Positions 1 through 8,395 of a stretch of DNA of 27,330 nt are shown in pieces. Within the stretch, counting starts at the first letter, position 1. Each line of letters begins with the position of its first letter. Made by a program: the position numbers and the translations under genes. Below the pieces are notes generated by a model that was not told the origin of the DNA, ran no database searches, and worked only from the letters and a program-made list of their open reading frames with translations. Source of the DNA: Abditibacteriaceae bacterium (GTDB lineage Bacteria; Armatimonadota; Abditibacteriia; Abditibacteriales; Abditibacteriaceae); NCBI GenBank assembly GCA_031425655.1, contig JANPJS010000268.1, forward strand, positions 1-27,330. The letters run 5' to 3'.

Positions 1-2
1 GC

Positions 3-2306
3 GTGCACTTTTTGTCCTACGCTTATTTGGGGCGCGCTTCCTATGTCTCCGGGGGCCCCCCCCCCCCAACCCCCCCCCTTGGGGCGGGGAAACCCCCCCC
101 CCCTCCGGGGGTGGCCGGGTGGGGGCCTACCGGCGCCTTCACCTTCTTGCTCGATCCCCGCGCGGTTGCCATCACGCGCCGCATGGCCGACAAGTGGAAG
201 CTGGAAGTCGGCTCGCCTTTGGAGATTTTCATCGGCTCGCGGCGTGAACGATTCGCCATTCGCGCAATTTTAGACGACCGGCAAATTAACAACACCTTCG
301 GCGGCGACTTCGTTTTGATGGACATCGCGGCGGCGCAGGAAGCTTTTTCGATGGTCGGGCGCTTGACGCAAGTGGATTTAATCGTTGATGAAGCTAAGCT
401 CGACGCTTTGCGCGCCGATTTGCAAAAGCTGGTGCCTATGGACGCCAAAGTGCAGCGTCCGGCGCAGCGCGGAAGTCAGATTTCGGGGATGTTAGCGGCG
501 TTTCAGCTCAATCTCAGCGCGTTGTCCTGCATTGCGATGTTCGTCGGCGCCTTTCTGATTTATAACGCCATCGAAATCGCAGTTGTGCGGCGCCGCGCCG
601 AAATCGGCATTTTGCGCGCGGTCGGCGCCGGACGCGGCCAACTGACGCGACTTTTTCTGCTCGAAGCGGCGGGAATCGGTTTTCTCGGCTCTATTTGCGG
701 CTTATTGCTGGGAATCGTTTTAGCGCGATTTACGCTTCTTGCGGTCAGCCGCACCGTTTCCGAGCTTTATTTGACGGTCAAGGCCAACACGATTGTCGTG
801 CCCGATTGGCTGTGGTGGGGCGCGCCCTTAGCCGGAACCCTGATCGCCATGATTTCCGCGTATTTTCCGGCGCGAGAGGCGGCAGGAGTCGAGCCGCGCG
901 CCGCCATGTCGCGCGTGACGCTGCATCATTCGACGGCCAATTTCGCCGGGCCGATGGCGCTTTTTGGCGGCGCGCTGCTGGTTTTAGCGTTCACGCTGTG
1001 CCTGCCAATTTTCAGCGCGCGGTCGCCTTTTGCCGGTTTCGCGGCCTCGTTTTGCACGCTGGCCGGCTTCGCGGCGCTCACGCCGCAAATTACGCTCTGG
1101 GCCGGCAAAGCGGTTCAGCCTTTGTTCGGCGCATTGTTCGGCATCGAAGGAACTTTGGCGGTGCAATATCTGCGGCGCTCGATTCATCGCAGCAGTTTGG
1201 TCATCGCGGCGCTGATGGTTTCTCTGGCCATGAGCATCGGCATTTCCGTGATGATTCGCTCGTTTCGTGACACTGTCGCGCAGTGGGTGGACGTTTCGAT
1301 TAACGCCGATCTTTACGTTTCAACCGCGACCGGATTTACCGGCGATTCCGGGCCGGGATTGCCGCCCGAAATCGTGAAATACATCACTTCGCTGCCGCAA
1401 GTGCGCGTTTTCGACACCATTCGCGGCGCCGAAACCATGATGGGAACGCAGCCGGTTTTCATCGCGGCCAACACTCTGCCGGCCTTAGCGTCCGGCGACC
1501 GGCGCATCCGCTTTTTGGCGACGACAAACGGTGAAAGCGCCGCAATTAGCGAGTTTTTGGCACAGCGCGCCGTATTAATCTCCGAGCGATTTCAAAATCT
1601 GCTGCATTATCGCGTCGGGCAAACGCTGACGCTGGATTCGCCGCGCGGCCCGGTTTCGCTGCCGATTGCCGGCGTTTTCACCGATTACACGCCCAACGAA
1701 TGCGTGATTTATTTTCCGCGCCCGCTTTACGCCAAAATGTGGGACGACCCGAACATTGACGGCCTGGCGCTGCACTTTCAGCCGGGCGTGAAAACCGAAG
1801 ACATTCAAAAACTTATCGAAAAGCGCATAGCAGGCCAATATCAAATCACGCTGTCGCCCAATCGGGAATTGCGCCAAAGCGTCTTCACTACTTTCGACCA
1901 AACCTTCGCCGTGACTTACGCTTTGCAACTCATCGCAGTCTGCGTGGCGGCGATTGGCGTCTTCGATACACTGATCGCTCTATTGTTGGAGCGTTCGCGC
2001 GAAATCGCCACGCTGCGCGCGATGGGATGCTCCGGTGCGCAGATTTTAAAGCTGACTTTTCTCGAATTCACCTTAATTGCGCTGCTTTCGTGGGCGATTG
2101 GCGTGGCGGCGGGGCTGTGTCTGGCGTGGCAACTGATAACGGTGATTAACCTGCAATTTTTCGGCTGGACAATCGGCTGGACAGCGCAACCGGCGGTGCT
2201 GGCAACGGCCTTAGTTTTGTCATTCGTCGCGGCGTGGAGCGCCGGTTTTCTACCGGCCCGCGCGGCATCGCGGCGCAATATCACCGAAGCTCTGCAAATG
2301 GATTAA
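3..2306 (+). CDS. FtsX/MacB-family ABC transporter permease (AttF/AttG-like), 5' end truncated or unreliable
   Basis: Two permease repeats with 'RRAEIGILRAVGA' and 'RSREIATLRAMGCS' motifs, TM bundles and periplasmic domains. The first ~150 nt are homopolymer-rich and probably not the true N-terminus. Confidence 0.9.
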   Translation: MHFLSYAYLGRASYVSGGPPPPTPPLGAGKPPPPPGVAGWGPTGAFTFLLDPRAVAITRRMADKWKLEVGSPLEIFIGSRRERFAIRAILDDRQINNTFGGDFVLMDIAAAQEAFSMVGRLTQVDLIVDEAKLDALRADLQKLVPMDAKVQRPAQRGSQISGMLAAFQLNLSALSCIAMFVGAFLIYNAIEIAVVRRRAEIGILRAVGAGRGQLTRLFLLEAAGIGFLGSICGLLLGIVLARFTLLAVSRTVSELYLTVKANTIVVPDWLWWGAPLAGTLIAMISAYFPAREAAGVEPRAAMSRVTLHHSTANFAGPMALFGGALLVLAFTLCLPIFSARSPFAGFAASFCTLAGFAALTPQITLWAGKAVQPLFGALFGIEGTLAVQYLRRSIHRSSLVIAALMVSLAMSIGISVMIRSFRDTVAQWVDVSINADLYVSTATGFTGDSGPGLPPEIVKYITSLPQVRVFDTIRGAETMMGTQPVFIAANTLPALASGDRRIRFLATTNGESAAISEFLAQRAVLISERFQNLLHYRVGQTLTLDSPRGPVSLPIAGVFTDYTPNECVIYFPRPLYAKMWDDPNIDGLALHFQPGVKTEDIQKLIEKRIAGQYQITLSPNRELRQSVFTTFDQTFAVTYALQLIAVCVAAIGVFDTLIALLLERSREIATLRAMGCSGAQILKLTFLEFTLIALLSWAIGVAAGLCLAWQLITVINLQFFGWTIGWTAQPAVLATALVLSFVAAWSAGFLPARAASRRNITEALQMD

Positions 2307-2413
2307 ACCCGCTGATACGGAACGATATTTGCGACACAAGCAGCGCCATCCACCCTGTCGCTAAAGTCGTTATAAATTCAGATCAACCTTTATCATCTTG
2401 GAAAACCGGCAAA

Positions 2414-2773
2414 ATGCACCTTCTTTTCGTGGACGATTTACCAGACACCTGCGAAGTCTTCAAACTGGCATTCCGATTGGACGGCCATACGACACGCATC
2501 GCGCACAATGGCATCGAGGCCGTGGACGCCATGCGCGAAGAACCATTCGACGCCATCATCATGGATGTCGAAATGCCGCAGCTTAACGGCTGGGACGCCG
2601 TTCAGCAAATTCGCACATTGCCCGACGGGCTGGAAGTTCCCATCATCATGTTCACCGCCTATGGCACGCAGGCCGACCGCGCCCGCGCGCTGGAAGTCGG
2701 TGCCAACGATCTCATGCAAAAGCCGGTTCTGCCCAACGACCTCATCGCACGCATCAAGGAATTGCGCGGGTGA
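2414..2773 (+). CDS. Single-domain CheY-like response regulator
   Basis: From ATG 2414: LLFVDD, AIIMDVEMP (phospho-acceptor Asp), IMFTA, LMQKP. The upstream 60 codons of the ORF-track call look non-coding. Confidence 0.9.
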   Translation: MHLLFVDDLPDTCEVFKLAFRLDGHTTRIAHNGIEAVDAMREEPFDAIIMDVEMPQLNGWDAVQQIRTLPDGLEVPIIMFTAYGTQADRARALEVGANDLMQKPVLPNDLIARIKELRG

Positions 2774-3954
2774 ATTGGTTTTTAAACACAAAGAACACAA
2801 AGAACACAAAGGGCGCACCAAGAACACAAAAAACGAACCTAAAGTGGTCTTTCTTTTGTGTTTCTTTGTGCGCCCTTTGTGTTCTTTGTGTTGATGCCGT
2901 TGCTAAGCCCGCTTTCCGTCCGGCCCTTCCCGGTTACAAATTTCAGTTTCCGCGCGACCACGGCTCGCATCCTGAATATCAAACCGAATGGTGGTATTAC
3001 ACCGGCCACCTGCGCGCCGCCGATGGCCACCGCTTCGGCTATCAACTCACCTTTTTTCGCACGGCTTTAACGCCTTCGACTGCCTCCCGCACCTCGAAAT
3101 GGGCCGTCCGCGACGTGATTTTCTCGCATTTTGCGCTCAGCGATATTGACGGCAAGCGTTTTTACAACACCGACCGCATCAGCCGCGCCGCGCTGCAATT
3201 GGCCGGCGCCGACCGCGCCGGAACGAAATCGCCGCGCGTGTGGATTGACAACTGGGCGATGCGCTTTGGCGGACGGAGCGGCGAAACGCAAACCCTGAGC
3301 GCGGCAGGCGAAGACAGCGGCACGCCGTTTTCGCTTTCGCTGACGCAACGCGCCTTGAAGCCGCCGGTCGTTCACGGCACGCGCGGCGTTTCTCAGAAAT
3401 CGCCGGGCGCCGGACACGCTTCGCATTATTATTCGTTCACGCGCTTGGCAACGCGCGGCACGGTGCGGCTTGGCAGCGAAGTTTTCGCGGTAACGGGTCA
3501 AAGCTGGTTCGACCACGAATTCGGCTCGAACCAGATGACGCCCAATCAAACCGGCTGGGATTGGTTTTCGCTTCAACTCGCCGACGGACGCGAATTGATG
3601 CTGTATCAATTGCGTTTAAACGGCGGCAAAATTGAGCCGCTGTCGTCGGGCACCTTAGTCGAAAAAGACGGCACGACGCGCCATTTAAAGCTGAGCGACT
3701 TCGTCATCGAGCCGCTTTCGACATGGCGCAGCCCGCACACCAAAGGCGTTTATCCGGCGAAATGGCGCCTAAAAATTCCCCGTCGAAACATAGAATTAGA
3801 AGTTTCGCCACTTTTAGCCGATCAAGAATTGCTTCCAAAGCGCGGCGCGCCTTTCAATTATTGGGAAGGCGCTGTTGAGGTCAGCGGCACGCAGCGCGGC
3901 GAAGGCTACGTCGAAATGACCGGCTATTCGGCACCGATGGGCGGGGCATTTTGA
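2770..3954 (+). CDS. AttH/CrtC-like (carotenoid 1,2-hydratase-like) lipocalin-domain protein, probably exported
   Basis: FPRDHGSHP..TEWWYYTG, SHYYSFTRL, WFDHEF, GWDWFSLQL, YPAKW, YWEG, GYVEMTGY motifs. This family is usually encoded next to this type of ABC permease. GTG start overlaps the RR stop (GTGA); start is uncertain. Confidence 0.88.
   Translation: MNWFLNTKNTKNTKGAPRTQKTNLKWSFFCVSLCALCVLCVDAVAKPAFRPALPGYKFQFPRDHGSHPEYQTEWWYYTGHLRAADGHRFGYQLTFFRTALTPSTASRTSKWAVRDVIFSHFALSDIDGKRFYNTDRISRAALQLAGADRAGTKSPRVWIDNWAMRFGGRSGETQTLSAAGEDSGTPFSLSLTQRALKPPVVHGTRGVSQKSPGAGHASHYYSFTRLATRGTVRLGSEVFAVTGQSWFDHEFGSNQMTPNQTGWDWFSLQLADGRELMLYQLRLNGGKIEPLSSGTLVEKDGTTRHLKLSDFVIEPLSTWRSPHTKGVYPAKWRLKIPRRNIELEVSPLLADQELLPKRGAPFNYWEGAVEVSGTQRGEGYVEMTGYSAPMGGAF
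2785..2892. repeat. Palindromic element built from 9-mer AACACAAAG tandem units
   Basis: 2794-2818 is the exact reverse complement of 2868-2892 (25 bp), and pairing extends imperfectly inward. Lies inside the 5' end of the AttH-like ORF. Confidence 0.92.
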
Positions 3955-4070
3955 GGGATGAGGGATGAGGGCGGAGGGATGAGGGCGGAGGGATGAAATT
4001 CGGCGCTACGCGCCGTTGGATTGCGCGCCGCAGGCGCTTTTTCATCCCTCCGCCCTCATCCTTCATCCCT
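3953..4070. repeat. Palindromic element built from 7-mer GAGGGAT/GAGGGCG tandem units
   Basis: Left arm has six 7-mers. 3977-3998 is the exact reverse complement of 4040-4061 (22 bp). Overlaps the AttH-like stop codon. Confidence 0.92.
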
Positions 4071-4075
4071 TCCTT

Positions 4076-4084
4076 TGCTACACT
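4076..4084 (+). promoter_or_regulatory. Putative extended -10 promoter (TG-c-TACACT) giving a leaderless or near-leaderless galT transcript
   Basis: TGCTACACT ends 8 nt before the in-frame GTG at 4093. No SD sequence and no clear -35. Confidence 0.4.
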
Positions 4085-4092
4085 CCGCCGCC

Positions 4093-5268
4093 GTGCAAAC
4101 CTACGAAATGCAGAAAACGCGCGTGCGTATGGACGACGGACGCACGCTGACGTATTACGATTTCGCGCCGCAAGGCCAGACGCCGCCTTATCTCCAACAA
4201 CATCAAGCGGCAGCGCAGGCCGAGCCGCCGACCGGGCACCGGATTTTGCCTCTTCCGCCGGAAATGCGCTGGAATCCGACGCTTGGAGAATGGACGGTTT
4301 ACGCGGCCAATCGCATGAATCGCCCGCAGCTTCCCTCGAAGGAATCATGCCCGCTTTGCCCTGGCATTCTCGAACTGCCGCTGCCATATCAAGTGGCGGT
4401 TTTCGAGAACCGCGCGCCTTCGATGGCCTTTATTCCCGACAACGTAGTTTTTCTCGACGCTGCCAGTGTGTTCGAGATGACTGCTCCGGCGCGCGGGCGC
4501 TGCGACTTGGTGGTTTATTCGCAGGAACACGACTCGAAACTGGCTTCGATGCCGGTCAACAACGTGTCGTGTTTAGTTGAAGCATGGCGCGACCGCTACG
4601 CCGAATTGGTGGCACAGCCGGATATTCGCTTCGTTTCGATTTTTGAAAATAAAGGCCGCGATGCCGGCATGACGCTTGACCATCCGCACGGCCAGATTTA
4701 TGGGTTTTCGTTTTTGCCGCCGACCGTTCAAAAGCAGTGGGAACAAACCGTGGCGCTAAGCAGCGGCAGCGGCCTGTGGCAAGGCGTGATTGACCGAGAA
4801 CTGCGCGACGGCACGCGTATTATCGCCGAAAGCGACGGGTTTTTGGCCGCGCAGCCGGCCTTTGCGCGCTATCCGTATGAAGTTCACATCTGGGCCAAGC
4901 GCGCAGGCGTCCATTCGCTGCTCGAAATGACGCCCGACGAGCGCCGCCAATTAGCGGGAATGCTCAAAAACCTCGTCACGCGCTACGAAAACCTGTGGCC
5001 CGGCAACGCTATCGGCTTCCCGACGCTGATGCTGATGTATCAATTGTCGAACCTGCCCGGCGTCGAGAATTATCGCTTTCACATCGAGTTTTTGCCGCTT
5101 CAGCGCAGCCCCGAAAAGTTGAAATACCGCGCCGGCATCGAAAGCGGACCGGGCACTTTTCTCAACGATGCACTGCCCGAAACGCAGGCCGCAGAACTGC
5201 GTGCCGTCGCGCCGCAAAGCGTCGAAATGCCGGATATTCTTTTTGCCGACGTGAGCGATGCGCCCTGA
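4093..5268 (+). CDS. galT: Galactose-1-phosphate uridylyltransferase
   Basis: RWNPTLGEW, CPLCPG, FENRAPS, FENKG and the catalytic HPHGQ motif; galK lies downstream. Start is GTG 4093 or ATG 4108. Confidence 0.93.
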   Translation: MQTYEMQKTRVRMDDGRTLTYYDFAPQGQTPPYLQQHQAAAQAEPPTGHRILPLPPEMRWNPTLGEWTVYAANRMNRPQLPSKESCPLCPGILELPLPYQVAVFENRAPSMAFIPDNVVFLDAASVFEMTAPARGRCDLVVYSQEHDSKLASMPVNNVSCLVEAWRDRYAELVAQPDIRFVSIFENKGRDAGMTLDHPHGQIYGFSFLPPTVQKQWEQTVALSSGSGLWQGVIDRELRDGTRIIAESDGFLAAQPAFARYPYEVHIWAKRAGVHSLLEMTPDERRQLAGMLKNLVTRYENLWPGNAIGFPTLMLMYQLSNLPGVENYRFHIEFLPLQRSPEKLKYRAGIESGPGTFLNDALPETQAAELRAVAPQSVEMPDILFADVSDAP

Positions 5269-5782
5269 AACCGCGACACTTCGGGAGGCCATCGAATTCC
5301 TGCGACGGCATCACGCAAAGCCGGGCGCCGTCGAAGCGGCTTTCGCTTTTGACGGTGACAGCGGCATTTTGCTGGATTTCGCCACCGGCACGGAAGAATC
5401 GGTAGATTTGGACGAGTCGAAATTACGGGCGTGCATCAACGTCGTGGTGCTGCACTCGCATCCGGTCAACGCGGCAGCTACAGCGTATGATTGGCAACAT
5501 TTTGTTGAGCGCGACAATTATCGTGAATTCGTCGTCGTTGGCCCTGTCTCCAATTATGCGCTGACCAAACCTGCGGGATGGAAACCAAACTTCCAATGGC
5601 GAAAGAATCCTCATGAAGATTGGGAAGATCACGGCCTGCACGTTTTATACAATCGTGGCCTTTCGTCCAACAATCCTCCCACAGCCGCCGAGTGGGAAAG
5701 TGTCACTGTTGAAATCAATCGGCGCATGGCACGCCAGTATGGTCTAAACTTTTTATGGCACCGCGAAGGAGAGACATCATGA
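5258..5782 (+). CDS. Hypothetical protein with JAB/MPN (JAMM)-like metal-binding motif
   Basis: E26...H66-S-H68-P-x5-T75-xx-D78 after a hydrophobic beta-strand (VVVLHSHP). Overlaps galT by 11 nt and the next ORF by ATGA. Confidence 0.65.
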   Translation: MRPETATLREAIEFLRRHHAKPGAVEAAFAFDGDSGILLDFATGTEESVDLDESKLRACINVVVLHSHPVNAAATAYDWQHFVERDNYREFVVVGPVSNYALTKPAGWKPNFQWRKNPHEDWEDHGLHVLYNRGLSSNNPPTAAEWESVTVEINRRMARQYGLNFLWHREGETS

Positions 5783-5988
5783 GCATCGTTCCCCGCCCCC
5801 CAAATTACAAACCGAAAGGCTTGGATACGTTCAATCCCGACGATTTCAAACATCTCTTGGAGCGTGCCACTGAACTTTCGGAACAACAGCGCACGGCAGA
5901 TCAAGGCGCCGCACAGACGGTGAACAACGCTTCTTTGAAAACCGGCATCACGCGCGCAATAAATGCCGACCATTCGCTAACGAAATGA
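5779..5988 (+). CDS. Small hypothetical protein (69 aa)
   Basis: SD-like AAGGAG at 5766-5771. ATGA overlaps at both ends (upstream ORF stop and galK start). Confidence 0.6.
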   Translation: MSIVPRPPNYKPKGLDTFNPDDFKHLLERATELSEQQRTADQGAAQTVNNASLKTGITRAINADHSLTK

Positions 5989-7127
5989 ACACCGACGAAC
6001 TCTTTCACCAACATTTCGGCGCCGATGACGAAGCGTTTTCGCTGCGTTCGCCGGGCCGCGTCAACCTAATCGGCGAGCACATAGATTATAACGACGGCTT
6101 CGTTTTGCCTATCGCCGTGCCTCTCGAAGTGCATCTAAAAGTTCGCCCGCGCGCCGACCGTCGCGTTGAGCTTTACGCCGCCGAATTCGATGAGCGGCTC
6201 AGTTTTTCGCTGGATAATCTGCGCCATCAAAACACCTGGATTGACTATGTGCAGGGCGTGGCGCGCGAATTAGCAGGCGCCAGTGTGCCGCTCCACGGCT
6301 TTGAAGGCGTGGTCACATCGGGCGTGCCGGTCGCTTCCGGGCTGAGTTCGTCGGCGGCCATCGAAGTGGCGGCGGCTTTAGCTTTCACGCATCTGGCACA
6401 GCAGCCGATGGCGGCTGTTGACATCGCCAAGCTGTGCCAAAAAGCCGAAAACAACTTCGTCGGCGTCAACTGCGGCATCATGGATCAAATGGCGGTCGCC
6501 GCCTGCCGCGCCGATCACGCGCTTTTGCTCGATTGCCGCGATTTTTCCACGCGTCAAGTGCCCTTTCGCTTGAAAAACCACGCGCTTATCGTGACCGACA
6601 GCGCCGCGCCGCGCACTTTAGCGGGCAGTGCCTACAACGAGCGCCGCGCTCAATGCGAAGCCGGCCTCGCGTATTTACAAACCAAATTGCCGCATATTGT
6701 TTCCCTGCGCGACGTGACGCCCGCAGAGTTGACAGAGCATGGCACCGGCCTCGACCCGGTTGTCCGCAAACGTGTGCAGCACGTCGTAGACGAAATCGCG
6801 CGCACGATTTACGCCTGCGAAGAACTGGAAAAAGAAAACCTCGCGGTTTTCGGCCAGTGCATGAACGCGTCGCACGAATCGCTGGCCCAACTCTACGAGG
6901 TCTCCAGCCCAGAACTCGATTGGCTGACGGATTGGGCGCGCCAGCAGCCCGGCGTTTTAGGCAGCCGTTTGACCGGCGCCGGCTTCGGCGGCTGCACCGT
7001 CACGCTGATTGAAAACAGTGGCGTGGACGCCTTTTTAGCTGGCCTTCCGCCTGCCTACAAAGCCGCTCTAAACCGCGATGCGCGCTGCTGGGTTTGCACC
7101 GCCGTCGACGGCGCGCAGGTGCTTTAA
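5985..7127 (+). CDS. galK: Galactokinase
   Basis: PGRVNLIGEHIDYN, PVASGLSSSAA, CGIMDQ, YNERR, RLTGAGFGGC GHMP/GalK motifs. Confidence 0.96.
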   Translation: MNTDELFHQHFGADDEAFSLRSPGRVNLIGEHIDYNDGFVLPIAVPLEVHLKVRPRADRRVELYAAEFDERLSFSLDNLRHQNTWIDYVQGVARELAGASVPLHGFEGVVTSGVPVASGLSSSAAIEVAAALAFTHLAQQPMAAVDIAKLCQKAENNFVGVNCGIMDQMAVAACRADHALLLDCRDFSTRQVPFRLKNHALIVTDSAAPRTLAGSAYNERRAQCEAGLAYLQTKLPHIVSLRDVTPAELTEHGTGLDPVVRKRVQHVVDEIARTIYACEELEKENLAVFGQCMNASHESLAQLYEVSSPELDWLTDWARQQPGVLGSRLTGAGFGGCTVTLIENSGVDAFLAGLPPAYKAALNRDARCWVCTAVDGAQVL

Positions 7128-7129
7128 TT

Positions 7130-7201
7130 TTTCACCACAGAGAACACAGAGGGCACAGAGGCAATTAAATCTCTGTGCCCTCTGTGTTCTCTGTGGTGAA
7201 A
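7130..7201. repeat. Perfect 31-bp inverted repeat of 9-mer xxCACAGAG units; probable bidirectional terminator
   Basis: 7130-7160 is the exact reverse complement of 7171-7201 with a 10-nt loop. It fills the gap between convergent galK and the ackA-like gene. Confidence 0.92.
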
Positions 7202-8395
7202 TTATCCTACTAACCGCGCCGCATCGCGCGCTACGATGATCTCTTCATCGGTAGGAATGACCCAGATTTGCACGCGCGAATCGGCGGCGTGAATTGAGCG
7301 TTCCATTGGGCCGGAGGCGTTTTTCGAATCGTCTAAGTGGGCACCTATGCACTCTAAATCGCGGCAGACGGCGGCACGAACTGGGGCCGAATTTTCGCCG
7401 ATACCGCCGGTAAAAGTGATGGCATCGCAGCCGTTCATCTGCACGAAATAAGCGCCGAGATAGTGGCGAATTTTGTGGCAGAAGACATCGAAGGCTAACT
7501 TGGCGCGCGGGTTATCGTCCATCGCGGCTTCGATGTCGCGCATATCGCCGGACGCGATGCCGCTAATGCCTTTCAAGCCCGATTCTTTGATTTCGATACG
7601 ATTATATTCTTCCGGCGAGATGCCCAACCGCCGCGTGACGTAATTGACGGCGCCCGCGTCGTAATCGCCGGGCCGCGTAGACATCATCGTCCCACTTTGC
7701 GGCGTCAGGCCGGACGCGATATTCTGGCTTTGGCCGTCTTGCACGCAGCACACCGAAGTGCCGCTGCCCAAATGCGCGAGGATGATTTTGCCTTTGTTGG
7801 GCGTGCCCATTAGTTCGGCGCACCGACCGGAAACGTAACGATGGCTGCACGAATGAAAACCGTAGCGCCGCACACCGAGTTCGGTTTGCCACTCGTAAGG
7901 CAGGCCATAGGTGTAAGCTGCGGGCGCAACGCTGTGATGAAATCCGGTTTCGTAACTCGCGGTTTGCGGCACATTGGGCAATAATTCCTGAAATATCTCG
8001 ATGCCCGTCAGACTTGGCGGATTATGAACTGGCGCAAGGGCGATCATTTCCCGAATCACGGCGATTTCCGCATCGCCGAGCCGCGAACAATCACCGAGTT
8101 TCATGCCGTCATGCGCGATTTTATGCCCGACGACGTTGATTTCGTCTAATGTTTTCAAGGCGCCGTGCGCGGGCGAAACGAGTTGCTCGCACATCCAGTG
8201 AATCGCGTTGTGATAATCGGGATTCGGCAATTCGGCGCGAATTTCCACGCCGCTTTCGGGCAATTTATGGCGGCACAGGCCGCTTTCGGCACCCAAACGG
8301 TCAACGTGGCCCTGCGCTAAAACGCGCGCATCGGGCATTTGGTAAAGCTTGTATTTGAACGTCGCGCCACCGCAATTTACGACGAGAATATTCAT
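7202..8395 (-). CDS. Acetate/propionate kinase-family protein with a divergent active site
   Basis: Acetokinase framework (ILVVNCG, LAPVHNP, RRYGFH, HLGSG, TRPGD, DMRD, FTGGIGEN, PTDEE), but GHKIAH replaces GHRVVH and YETGFH replaces FDTAFH. Confidence 0.88.
   Translation of the reverse strand: MNILVVNCGGATFKYKLYQMPDARVLAQGHVDRLGAESGLCRHKLPESGVEIRAELPNPDYHNAIHWMCEQLVSPAHGALKTLDEINVVGHKIAHDGMKLGDCSRLGDAEIAVIREMIALAPVHNPPSLTGIEIFQELLPNVPQTASYETGFHHSVAPAAYTYGLPYEWQTELGVRRYGFHSCSHRYVSGRCAELMGTPNKGKIILAHLGSGTSVCCVQDGQSQNIASGLTPQSGTMMSTRPGDYDAGAVNYVTRRLGISPEEYNRIEIKESGLKGISGIASGDMRDIEAAMDDNPRAKLAFDVFCHKIRHYLGAYFVQMNGCDAITFTGGIGENSAPVRAAVCRDLECIGAHLDDSKNASGPMERSIHAADSRVQIWVIPTDEEIIVARDAARLVG

Noticed and set aside
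1..150. Poly-C/poly-G runs translating as a proline-rich N-terminus (GGPPPPTPPLG...), superficially a G-quadruplex or phase-variable tract
   Set aside because: It lies at the window edge, is unlike the local composition and replaces sequence expected for the permease. Most likely low-quality read or contig-end sequence.
5258..5988. Prophage or IS-mediated origin for the gal-operon insert
   Set aside because: No integrase, transposase, terminal repeats or convincing direct repeats were found at its boundaries.
7202..8395. Assigning the symbol ackA
   Set aside because: Several near-invariant catalytic and pocket residues differ and no pta is adjacent, so the substrate is uncertain.
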